A stretch of 31,383 nucleotides of DNA from Candidatus Hermodarchaeota archaeon (GTDB taxonomy: Archaea > Asgardarchaeota > Lokiarchaeia > Sigyniarchaeales > SOKP01): the NCBI GenBank assembly GCA_048885925.1, contig JBHLLG010000031.1, forward strand, positions 1 through 31,383, given 5' to 3'. Each line of letters begins with the position of its first letter. Position 1 is the first letter of the stretch. The translations under genes and the position numbers were made by a program. Positions 19,300-28,516 of this stretch are shown here, piece by piece. The notes beneath the pieces are model-generated. The model was not told the origin of the DNA and did no database searches. It worked only from the letters and a program-made list of their open reading frames with translations.

Positions 19300-21225
19300 T
19301 TATTTTTTACCTCCAGTAGATTTTAATTTACCAATTACAAAATTCAAACCAAGATTCTTGAGAGTTTCATCAGTGGGAATTCCAGTCTTAAGATCCCATC
19401 CACGAGCTTCATAATATCCACTGAGTAGTTTCTGATATCCATCCTCTTTTAATGTAACTCCCTTAGTAGGTCCTTTTGTATGTGCTTCTTTGAAAAACCT
19501 TTCAGGGGGTTTATCATCATCTCTAGTCCATCCTTCTCTTATATTGAAGCATTTTGAGAGTGTAACAATAGCATCTCCTCGGTGTGCTATAAATTTATCA
19601 GTTACAGGGATTCCTGTTACTAATTCAAAAACTTTTGCCATTTCAGCATCGTTTTCATAAATACCACGTGTAAATTTACATACAATATAAGAATCAATAA
19701 TAGCATAGATGTCTTCTAATTCTTTGATTGCCTTACCTCTCTCAACTGCTTTATCATAACCGAATCTATCAAAATTCCCTTTCGCATCAAGTCCATAAGA
19801 ACCATTCCTTAAATGACACGCTCCGCGGATCGCCACACTCATTCCAACTGCGAATGAATTCATACCGTGTACATCAAAGGCAGGTAATTCTAATCCTTTA
19901 ATATGCATACCATAATAACTGGCATTTTTTCTACCCATTTCTTCTAAACGTTTTCCCGCTTCTCTTGTACCATCTCCAAAAATCTTTCCTGCAAATCCTT
20001 TACCAAGGATCATCTCTTCTGTGAATTTTACTAGATTAACAGTCGATCCAAAAGGTAATTCATAACCAAGATCTTCTTTAGTAATGATCCCTTCTTCATA
20101 AAGCTCACAAGCCATGGCTGCTGTTACACCAGCACTTATAGCGTCAACGCCTAAATCATCCGTTAATGAGACACATTTAAACACGGTTGGCCAATCATAA
20201 TTTCCACAAGCAGAACCAAAACTATAGCATAATTCTTGATCGATACTTGAATAAAGATTTGGCCAATCAGGATGATCTTTAGGTATTTTTGTAATGTGAT
20301 CACAAGCTATCGAGCATTGAGAACATGCAACTTTCTTCACAACCCAATCTTGGTTTAGAGTGTCACCAGTAAAAGTTCCATCATCAACCTTATCCCATGT
20401 ACCTTCACGATGATTAAAAGTAGGCATCATTCCAAGTTTATTATAACTGGTTATACCAGCAGGCGTACCTAAATCTCGGTATTTAGCAGTGGCAGGGCCA
20501 TTTGCTACTTTTATCAGCTTTTTTGCTAATTCAAAAAATTCGACTGGTTTAGCTACACTTATGCCTTTAGTTCCTCTAAAGCATATCGCTTTAAGGTTCT
20601 TTGACCCCATAACAGCACCCATTCCAGTCCTTCCAGCTTGTCTATTACGATCATTGGTAATACATCCCATATGACCACCACGTTCTCCTCCCGGCCCAAT
20701 AGCCATTATTCCAAGGCGGTGATCTTGAAATTCATCTCTAAGAATTTCTTCTGTTTCCCAACATCCTTTTCCCCATAATGTATCTTTACATGGAGTTAAA
20801 TAATAGTCATCATCATCAACAACCATATAAACAGGCTCTAGAGCTTTACCTTTAACCACAATCATATTAATTCCAGCACGTCGTGCTTGAGCTGCAACTG
20901 ATCCTGAAGAAATTGCCATCCCAAACATACCTGTTAAGGGAGACTTAGCGAAAACTCCATATTTACTGGAAGTAGGTAAGATTGTTCCAGGAAAAGGACC
21001 TTGTGCATAAACAAAAACATTATCAGGGCTTAAGGGATCTACACCAGCGGGACACTCGTCCCAAAGAACTTTAGCTGCGAAGCCATAACCTCCAATCCAA
21101 TCTCGGCAGAACTCATTGGATAATGTACTTTTACTAATTTTACCATCTGTCAAATTAACGTCAAGTCGGACTTGTGTAAAACCTTTAACTTTATCAGGAA
21201 CCGGTATTTCCTTAGTTTTACTCAT
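19300..21225 (-). CDS. aor: Aldehyde:ferredoxin oxidoreductase family protein (W/Mo-pterin)
   Basis: KSPLTG, GRTGMGAVMGSKNLKAI, CSQCSIAC, DDLGVDAIS, RGACH, VCKF, YYEARGWD. ATG 21225 preferred over GTG 21234. Confidence 0.93.
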   Translation of the reverse strand: MSKTKEIPVPDKVKGFTQVRLDVNLTDGKISKSTLSNEFCRDWIGGYGFAAKVLWDECPAGVDPLSPDNVFVYAQGPFPGTILPTSSKYGVFAKSPLTGMFGMAISSGSVAAQARRAGINMIVVKGKALEPVYMVVDDDDYYLTPCKDTLWGKGCWETEEILRDEFQDHRLGIMAIGPGGERGGHMGCITNDRNRQAGRTGMGAVMGSKNLKAICFRGTKGISVAKPVEFFELAKKLIKVANGPATAKYRDLGTPAGITSYNKLGMMPTFNHREGTWDKVDDGTFTGDTLNQDWVVKKVACSQCSIACDHITKIPKDHPDWPNLYSSIDQELCYSFGSACGNYDWPTVFKCVSLTDDLGVDAISAGVTAAMACELYEEGIITKEDLGYELPFGSTVNLVKFTEEMILGKGFAGKIFGDGTREAGKRLEEMGRKNASYYGMHIKGLELPAFDVHGMNSFAVGMSVAIRGACHLRNGSYGLDAKGNFDRFGYDKAVERGKAIKELEDIYAIIDSYIVCKFTRGIYENDAEMAKVFELVTGIPVTDKFIAHRGDAIVTLSKCFNIREGWTRDDDKPPERFFKEAHTKGPTKGVTLKEDGYQKLLSGYYEARGWDLKTGIPTDETLKNLGLNFVIGKLKSTGGKK

Positions 21226-21548
21226 AGTTTTCACAATTTTATTAAGTTTTTATATAATGATTTGATTGTAGATATAAAAAATAAATCATCAAAATTTTAA
21301 AGGTTACTTGTTAATTATGGAAATACTTTTCTTTAAAATGAGTAATCTCTTAGATTAGAAAAGTAATAATAAATGATTAGAATAGAATTTACAAAATTGT
21401 AAATGGATTATTTTAAGTCTTATTAATTAAAAAGATTAGTTGGAAAATCATTGTTTGACACTCAATCTAATTTTTTTTAAAGTTAAAACCATTTTAAATA
21501 TCAACTATAGCAAATTTAATTTTAAATTTTTTATGCAAATAAAAGTTT

Positions 21549-21848
21549 TTGGTGATTTTTATTCCAGTAAGTATTATAGCAACTGTTCGTGTTAAAGAAG
21601 GTAAGATGGAAGAGGCAAAAAAAGTATTAAAACAGATAGTTCCTAAGATAAAAGATTCTGAGCCAGGTACATTGGAATATATTCCACATATAGTAAAACA
21701 AGATCCAAATGTTATTATTTTTTATGAAAAATATTCTGATAGCGATGCTCTGAAAGGGCATACAAAAAGTTTAGAGAAAAATATGGCAGCGTTTATGCCA
21801 TTATTGGAACCTGGAATGGATATAAAATATCTCGAAGAAATCATATAA
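21549..21848 (+). CDS. ABM (antibiotic biosynthesis monooxygenase / YgiN-like) domain protein
   Basis: IIATVRVKEGK...EPGTLEY...FYEKY.D.DALKGH. Start uncertain (TTG 21549, GTG 21552 or ATT 21561). Confidence 0.85.
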   Translation: MVIFIPVSIIATVRVKEGKMEEAKKVLKQIVPKIKDSEPGTLEYIPHIVKQDPNVIIFYEKYSDSDALKGHTKSLEKNMAAFMPLLEPGMDIKYLEEII

Positions 21849-21853
21849 ATTAA

Positions 21854-21869
21854 ATTTCTTTTTTTTTTG
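21854..21869 (+). terminator. Oligo-T archaeal-type terminator candidate
   Basis: Long T tract immediately after the ABM stop codon. Confidence 0.4.
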
Positions 21870-22015
21870 TAGTTTATAAAAGTTCTAGATTATAAACTTT
21901 AAATTTCTGATGAGATAAAAATCTTAAAAAAAAAGAGTATCAAGTAAAATATTTAAATATCAAGAACGAAATTATTTCATTAAATTGTTTTCTACAGAAG
22001 AGGTAACGAAATATA

Positions 22016-22519
22016 ATGGGAAAAAGAAGTATTGCTGTTGTTTTTCTAGGAATTTTTGCTATTGCAGCTCTGGGACTGAGTAGTTACATGTTTATAAAAA
22101 ATGAACTATTGACTGTTAGTACTGATGTTGAAAGTGGTGTTCAAAATGTATGGTATACAGAAAGACTGACCGATATTTATTATGTAGAGACATCATTTAC
22201 CGAAATTCCTAATCTAAATATTACCGCAACAAAAAGTGCTCAAGAAAAATTATATATATTATTTAGCGCAGATTGTGGAGTATATCTCAGTGGAACAGAA
22301 AATGTAAAAATTCAATTTAAGATAAATGGGGTAGTTTATCCCAATCCTTTCGTTGAAGTAGGAGGATCTTTTTCAGGGAATCTTTATTCTCCTATAACTT
22401 TACAATACTCAATAGTAACTGGCGCAGCAGGGACTTATACGATAGCTGTGGTTGCAATCTCCACAGACACAGGAAATTGGATAAAGGAAATGACCTTAAC
22501 AGTATATTCTTATTTATAA
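22016..22519 (+). CDS. Hypothetical protein with N-terminal signal/anchor and beta-rich domain
   Basis: Basic N-terminus, hydrophobic helix, then a Thr/Tyr-rich beta-type sequence. GAGGT RBS upstream. Confidence 0.75.
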   Translation: MGKRSIAVVFLGIFAIAALGLSSYMFIKNELLTVSTDVESGVQNVWYTERLTDIYYVETSFTEIPNLNITATKSAQEKLYILFSADCGVYLSGTENVKIQFKINGVVYPNPFVEVGGSFSGNLYSPITLQYSIVTGAAGTYTIAVVAISTDTGNWIKEMTLTVYSYL

Positions 22520-22672
22520 TTTTTATTTTTATTTTATTAAATTCTATATTTGGATTTGATATTTTAAATCATTTTCAAAAAATTATTTTAGAGACCTATA
22601 ACATTTTTCCTTTATTTTTATTGTTTTTTAAGTTAAAAATTTTTTTAAAAATGATAAATAATAAATAAAAGT

Positions 22673-22884
22673 AAGACAGGAGAATATGCTGAATATGTGT
22701 TATATCATTTAGATTACAGTAAAAAGCGTAAGGACCTCTAAAACGCACTATGAGGTTAACCAATAGTGAAGATCAAATGTGGGAAATGTTTGATGAGGTT
22801 GTGAAAAGTAAGATGATTGGTACAAAAGGAGATTTAAAAAGGGGATGGAATGAGCAATCGATTATGGAATTACGAGAATTATAA
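22673..22884 (+). pseudogene. Frameshifted 3' gene remnant resembling the WGR-like tail of some ATP-dependent DNA ligases
   Basis: KTGEYAEYVLYHLDYSKKRKD, then a one-base frameshift at about 22735, then PLKRTMRLTNSEDQMWEMFDEVVK...LKRGWNE*. The GC content is coding-like within an AT-rich gap. The family call is from memory only. Confidence 0.45.
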
Positions 22885-23051
22885 TATTGAATAGTTAATT
22901 TTTTTGGGGATATTAAATCATATTTATGAATTTTATGTGTCAATATATTTAGTTTCTATAATATTAAATTGAAGAATATATATTATTTCTAGATAATTTT
23001 CTTTTTAAATTGGAAATAGAAAATTAGAAAAAAAAATATCAGGTCTTAGTA

Positions 23052-23726
23052 ATGAACAATAATTTTGTTTTTAATGAGGAAAAGATTTCAGATGATCCTA
23101 CTTGCTATAAATGTAATTGCGGAAATTACTGCTCAATAGGAAAACCAAGTAAAGAATTAGAAAATTGCCCCATAAAAACAAGTCCTAAAATTCAGAAAAA
23201 AGCAATTGAACTATATGAGAAAGATGATTTCATTAAAAGATCAAATTTTGCCGCTACTGTTGCAAAAACTCAGGGAAGTGTACCTCGTCTAAGAAATATA
23301 ATAGCATATGCAGAAGCAATGGGCTTTAAAAAACTTGGGATTGCTTTTTGTGGTGGTTTACAAACGGACACTAGAAAAGCAGTAGAAATTCTTCTTCATT
23401 ATGGTTTTGAACTTAGTTCTGTATGCTGTCCTACTGGAATTAACAAAAAAATCAATGTAGAAATACCGGAAGAATTTTCAAGTTATTCTAAAAGGGGATG
23501 CAATTTTAATTATATCTCTTGTAATCCTGTAGCTCAAGCTTTATTATTGAATAAAGCCAAAACAGATATGAATATAATAATAGGGTTATGTGTAGGTCAT
23601 GATGTCACATTCACACACTTGTCAAAAGCTCCAGTTATCACTTTAATAGCTAAAGATTGGTTTATTCCACATAATCCTTCAGAAACATTGAATTCTTTTT
23701 GTAAAGAAATTGGATTAAAATTTTAA
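23052..23726 (+). CDS. DUF1847 family Cys-rich metal-binding protein
   Basis: GFKKLGIAFCGGL, CNPVAQALLLN, GLCVGHD, TLIAKD..HNP. Confidence 0.85.
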   Translation: MNNNFVFNEEKISDDPTCYKCNCGNYCSIGKPSKELENCPIKTSPKIQKKAIELYEKDDFIKRSNFAATVAKTQGSVPRLRNIIAYAEAMGFKKLGIAFCGGLQTDTRKAVEILLHYGFELSSVCCPTGINKKINVEIPEEFSSYSKRGCNFNYISCNPVAQALLLNKAKTDMNIIIGLCVGHDVTFTHLSKAPVITLIAKDWFIPHNPSETLNSFCKEIGLKF

Positions 23727-23731
23727 TAAAA

Positions 23732-26494
23732 TTAAACTAAGAAGAGGAGTTTTCCAAGAAAGCTTACTAGATCTATGATTTGTATTTTGTTTTTCAATTC
23801 TTTATGTTCATTTACATAACAATTGAGATGAGCTATACATTTAGGGCACGCCGTAATTAAATATTCTGCACCTGTGTCGATGGCTTGTTTAATTTTCTTT
23901 TCTTGTAATAACTTTGAATCTTCGCTACATGAAATGTATGCTGAAACACCACAGCAATCGGCATCTTGGCTGTTATCTTCCATTTCGATTAATTCGACGG
24001 AGGGGATTAATTTTAACACTTCACGTGGAGCATCGAAAACATTACTCATTCTGCCAAGTCTACAGGGATCATGATAAGTTACTTTAATTTTATCAAAACC
24101 TGGAAAAGTTAAATTTTCCAATAATTTTTCTTTTAGAATATATTCTGTAATGTGATAAACCTCAAAAACGAACTCATCATTTCCCTCAAATACATTTTTA
24201 TATTCATGTTTCCATGTATAATATCCTTCAGCACAGCTAAACACTAAAGTTTTGACTCCTGCTTCTTTAAAAAGTCTAACATTATATTTTGCTAATTTTT
24301 TGAAATTTTCGTAATCACCCTGCCAAAGGAGGTCATGTCCACAACACTTTTCATCTGCTAATACAACTGGGTTTATGTCGTTTTGATTTAAAAGACCAAT
24401 CACACTTTTTGGGATTTCTAAGTAATTGAAAGCATTTTTTGATGCTTCAAATGGTTGTTCTCCATAATAACAAGTCATGACTCCTGAAGAATCGATTGAA
24501 TCATTAAAATCATCAACCATTTGGTCGTAACTATTACAACAGTTACAGTTCATACATCTATTTGCTTCCTCAATTGCTTGTTCTTCTGTAAACCCAATCT
24601 CCATTTCTTCAAAGTTATTTAATCTTTCTTCACCAGGTACTAAATTGACTTTTTGTCGTATTTCTTCATTAATTTGTTTCTTAGGTATTGGAGATCGTTT
24701 TAAGTGATCTACATTTATACGTCCTTTTTTTAAATCGCGACCTCTAAGATATCGATCAATTGATTCTGCTGCTTCTCTTCCATGACCTATAGCAATTACT
24801 GCAACCATTTTTGGATTTGGAATAATGTCTCCTCCTGCAAATACTCCAGGAATGCTTGTTTCATAAGTAACATTATCAACTAAAATTTTACCTCGATCAT
24901 GTTTTAGTTGATCTCCCATTGCCGCAATAATAGGCTCTAAATCTAAACCTTGACCAATGGCGATAACAATTTGATCAATAATAATTTTATATTCCGAACC
25001 TTCTACTTTATTCAAAGCTCTTCTCCCAGTTTTTGGATCTGGTTTTCCCCATTCAATTTTATAACAATTCAAAGCTAATTTTTTGTTGGGTTCTTTTGTT
25101 ATATTTGCTGTAGACGTTTTAAAATGATATTGTATTAAGTTCCATTCGGCATCATGGATATCTTTTAGTACAAGTTGAAGATCATCTTCAGATAAAATGT
25201 CTACGAGATCAACCTTTGTTGCTCCTAATCTTATAGCCGTTTCTGCTACATCTATCGCAACAGCTCCTCCTCCAATGATACCAAATGTTTTTCCTTTAAA
25301 CTCATCTTTGTTTTTGGGGAACTTATATTTACGTTCTAATAGGAAATCAAGGGCATTATTAACATTAGGTAAATCTTCTCCTTCAAGTCGCAATGTTCTT
25401 GGTACATATAATCCTGTTGCAAGAAAAATTGCTTTATAACCTTCTTTTTTGATGTCATCTAAAGTAAAATCAGGGCCAAGTGGTTTATTTAATACAATTT
25501 CTACACCCATTTTTTTTATAAATTCAATATCTCGTTCAAGTGCTTCATCTGACAATCTATATTGCGGTACACCATATCGTACCATTCCTCCTACCTTATT
25601 TCCTTTCTCAAAAATTGTTGGTTTATATCCTTTTAGAGCAAGAAAGTACGCTGCAGATAAACCAGCTGGTCCAGCTCCAATAATTGCTATTTTTTCTTTA
25701 TTTTGCATAACTGGTTTTATTTTGCTTAAATTTGGATTATTAGCCTCCCAATCTGAGACGAATTTTTTTAAGACTCGGATTGCAAGTGGATCATCAATGA
25801 ACTGTCGATTGCAATTTAGAGCACAATATTCTGTACAAATTCTCCCACAAAGAAAAGGTAACGGATTTTTTTCACGTATCAAATCAATTGCTTCTTGGAA
25901 TTTTCCTTCGGCTATTAGAGAGACATACGCTTGGACATCAACTTCCGCTGGGCAAGCATGAGAACAGGGAGCTCTTCCTGTCATATAAGGAATACACCCC
26001 ATAAAATATGCAACTTCTCCCTTCTCAGCTATTTTTAAATTAGTGCTATCTAAAAAACCAAGTTTATTTACAATTTTTATTTTATCATTAGCCATTAAAT
26101 ATGGTAAACTTGAATATTCTCTGTAATGATGACATTCAACCATGTCTTCTCTTAATGGTTCATATTCTAAAGAAAGAGAACGAAGATCTTTGATAATTTG
26201 AGTGAAGTTAACCCCAGTTTCTTCTTTAGTCATTGGGCAATAAACTGAACATAGTCCACATGTTAAACATTTCCAAATATTATTATTTTTTAAAGCTTCT
26301 TCAGGTGTTAAGAAAGTTAAATCATTAATTAAAAGTCTCGGGTCAAAAATACCAAGAAGGGCTGTTGGACACACGTTATCACAGCGATTACAATTGAAAC
26401 AGTAATTTGCAGAAGCATTTACCTTTTTAAGCGTTTCTATTGAAGCTGGTGTCTTGATTTTATCTTCACTTACTTTATTCTCAATTTCCGTCAT
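23732..26494 (-). CDS. HdrD-like (2x[4Fe-4S] + two CCG domains) protein with inserted GltD/NfnB-like FAD/NAD(P) oxidoreductase module
   Basis: CFNCNRCDNVCP, CLTCGLCSVYCP, YFMGC; APCSHACP, CGRIC...C, GAGPAG, GGGAVA, FAGGD, EANRCMNC; CCG, FSCAEG, TYHDPCRLGR, CCG, TACPKC. Confidence 0.88.
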   Translation of the reverse strand: MTEIENKVSEDKIKTPASIETLKKVNASANYCFNCNRCDNVCPTALLGIFDPRLLINDLTFLTPEEALKNNNIWKCLTCGLCSVYCPMTKEETGVNFTQIIKDLRSLSLEYEPLREDMVECHHYREYSSLPYLMANDKIKIVNKLGFLDSTNLKIAEKGEVAYFMGCIPYMTGRAPCSHACPAEVDVQAYVSLIAEGKFQEAIDLIREKNPLPFLCGRICTEYCALNCNRQFIDDPLAIRVLKKFVSDWEANNPNLSKIKPVMQNKEKIAIIGAGPAGLSAAYFLALKGYKPTIFEKGNKVGGMVRYGVPQYRLSDEALERDIEFIKKMGVEIVLNKPLGPDFTLDDIKKEGYKAIFLATGLYVPRTLRLEGEDLPNVNNALDFLLERKYKFPKNKDEFKGKTFGIIGGGAVAIDVAETAIRLGATKVDLVDILSEDDLQLVLKDIHDAEWNLIQYHFKTSTANITKEPNKKLALNCYKIEWGKPDPKTGRRALNKVEGSEYKIIIDQIVIAIGQGLDLEPIIAAMGDQLKHDRGKILVDNVTYETSIPGVFAGGDIIPNPKMVAVIAIGHGREAAESIDRYLRGRDLKKGRINVDHLKRSPIPKKQINEEIRQKVNLVPGEERLNNFEEMEIGFTEEQAIEEANRCMNCNCCNSYDQMVDDFNDSIDSSGVMTCYYGEQPFEASKNAFNYLEIPKSVIGLLNQNDINPVVLADEKCCGHDLLWQGDYENFKKLAKYNVRLFKEAGVKTLVFSCAEGYYTWKHEYKNVFEGNDEFVFEVYHITEYILKEKLLENLTFPGFDKIKVTYHDPCRLGRMSNVFDAPREVLKLIPSVELIEMEDNSQDADCCGVSAYISCSEDSKLLQEKKIKQAIDTGAEYLITACPKCIAHLNCYVNEHKELKNKIQIIDLVSFLGKLLFLV

Positions 26495-26648
26495 GCTATA
26501 TCAATAATAGATCGGTTTTTTACAAATGATTAAAAAGATTGTTATAATTTGAATATATTTATTATATTTTTTTAATAAAAAATTACATTTAATTATTTTT
26601 TAGGATAGTATTAATTTGTAAGAGTAGAATTCTTCATTCTCCAAAACG

Positions 26649-27557
26649 CTATGATTTTGAAGGAGGGTAACATATTATTAGACAATAACTACAGTAATTA
26701 TTTTCTAATATGCTATGAATACATTTTGAGCGATCAATATGTGTGATAACCCCATTCTCTTTTTCAATAGGATTCTCATAAACAGCACCTCCTTTGCAGC
26801 TTATTACGCAAGCACCACATTTTTCGCAGAATTCTATAAGTTTCCTAAAATCTTGCTCTTCAGTTTCTGGTATTTCAGCATCGGTAGTAATGATACTCCA
26901 TCTTTGTCGGGGACCAAATTCAGGTGTAAGAATTAATCCATTTCTACCCATTATTCCTAAATTTGCTGCTACAACATGAGGTCCATAGAGAAGTTTTCCT
27001 CCAAAAGGATGATGTGCTTCACTTTTATATCCTTGTTCTTTTAGATATTCTGCTAAATCAATCGTAACATCACCTAATTCTTTATAGACTCTAAATGCTT
27101 CGATTTCACAAATAACTCCAGGTGCATTTTTGATTTTTTCCCATTTCATCTCCATTCCAAGAATAATCGCATTCTTTCCATACACTTCAAGACCTTTAAA
27201 AACAAAATTTTCATTAACAGGAGTATATCCTATAAGATTTACATCAAGCTCTTTAGCTTTTTTTTCAAAATCTTTCCAAAATGCTGGTGTTGTTGTTGTA
27301 TTTTTATTATTTTCATTTCCATATTTTGTCTTCCTCGCTTGTTCAAAACCTTTAAATGTTCCTCTAAGATACTTGCTAAATAACTTGGCAGATTCACGAT
27401 CGAACACATCTGTAGGTCCTAAACTCATATTGAATAATTCTTTAGGCACAATAAAGACAAGGTTTTCATTTTTTCCTATATATGTTGGTTTAATTCCTAC
27501 TTTTGACATTTTTCCACTGCTTCTATTTAATACATTAAAATTTTTACTTAACTTCAT
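26649..27557 (-). CDS. QueG / reductive-dehalogenase-like 4Fe-4S protein
   Basis: ANLGIMGRNGLILTPEFGPRQR..IITTD; FCEKCGACVISC; C...CSYCLIIC. Start may be MSKVG near 27509. Confidence 0.8.
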   Translation of the reverse strand: MKLSKNFNVLNRSSGKMSKVGIKPTYIGKNENLVFIVPKELFNMSLGPTDVFDRESAKLFSKYLRGTFKGFEQARKTKYGNENNKNTTTTPAFWKDFEKKAKELDVNLIGYTPVNENFVFKGLEVYGKNAIILGMEMKWEKIKNAPGVICEIEAFRVYKELGDVTIDLAEYLKEQGYKSEAHHPFGGKLLYGPHVVAANLGIMGRNGLILTPEFGPRQRWSIITTDAEIPETEEQDFRKLIEFCEKCGACVISCKGGAVYENPIEKENGVITHIDRSKCIHSILENNYCSYCLIICYPPSKS

Positions 27558-27667
27558 ATTGAAAACAATATAAACATGATGATTTTAAAGAGAATTTCAT
27601 GCTATAATTATTACTTTTGTGTAAAAGAATTAGTGTTGTGATTATTTAAAATGGTTAACATTTAATC

Positions 27668-28435
27668 TTACTTTTTCTTCTTTGTAACACCAAAAATCCG
27701 TCGCCAATCTTTTAATAAAGGAAGACGTTCTGTTGCTTCTTCAATCCATGGAAGAGCTCCTTCCTTTCCCATCTCTCTAATCAAAAAGTCTTTTGATTCA
27801 ATTACTTTCTTGTAGACTTCACGTTGTCTTTGTTCCCAATTTAATATTTCCTTATATATAATAATTTCAAAACCAGCTCCTTGAAGAATAGGTCGATAAT
27901 CGGTCAAAGTGGTTGGTGTTTCCCAAGCAGTAAATACAAATAACGCATTTGGACGAAGAATTCTGGCAATTTCACTAAAACCTTTTGCCTTATCGTGTAT
28001 ATATGTTAGAGCATCAATACTGATCGCTGCATCATAATAGTTATTTGGAAAGGTAGTTGAAGAAATATTCATTACATAGAATTCACTTTTACTTTTTAAA
28101 CCAAACTCTTTCATCCGTTTTGTCGCTAATTCAATAGCAACTTCTGAAATATCAATACCAACATAATTTGCATTTATTTCACGTGCTATCCACAATCCAG
28201 GTCCTGCTTTTCCACATCCTATGTCAAGAAAAGTTTCTCCAGGTTTGATCTTAAGATATTTAATAACATTTCGCAAATCAGTCATTGTAACAAAACTATC
28301 AATCTCTAATTCCTCTGGATAATCATTTCCATAAATCTTTTGGAAAATCTCTTGTATGACTTGACTTTTTTTTTGTTTATACCAAAAATTAGCTTTCTCT
28401 TTTTGTTTTAAGAGTTCAATATTTTTTTCACTCAT
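27668..28435 (-). CDS. Class I SAM-dependent methyltransferase
   Basis: FLDIGCGKAG, GIDIS, YDAAISID, RILRPNA. Confidence 0.92.
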   Translation of the reverse strand: MSEKNIELLKQKEKANFWYKQKKSQVIQEIFQKIYGNDYPEELEIDSFVTMTDLRNVIKYLKIKPGETFLDIGCGKAGPGLWIAREINANYVGIDISEVAIELATKRMKEFGLKSKSEFYVMNISSTTFPNNYYDAAISIDALTYIHDKAKGFSEIARILRPNALFVFTAWETPTTLTDYRPILQGAGFEIIIYKEILNWEQRQREVYKKVIESKDFLIREMGKEGALPWIEEATERLPLLKDWRRIFGVTKKKK

Positions 28436-28516
28436 TCTATTTTAACTTTAAAAATTCATTTGATATAAAATACGAAAATTTTTACTTTTATTTATATTAG
28501 ATACAATGTAAAGATA

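Noticed and set aside
934-27573. Short antisense or overlapping ORFs in the track (e.g. 934-1122, 4560-4949, 5412-5684, 7760-7978, 11119-11496, 12104-12328, 18590-18799, 22477-22668, 25449-25961, 27130-27573)
   Set aside because: They are shadows of well-supported genes on the other strand or low-complexity AT-rich frames, with no motifs.
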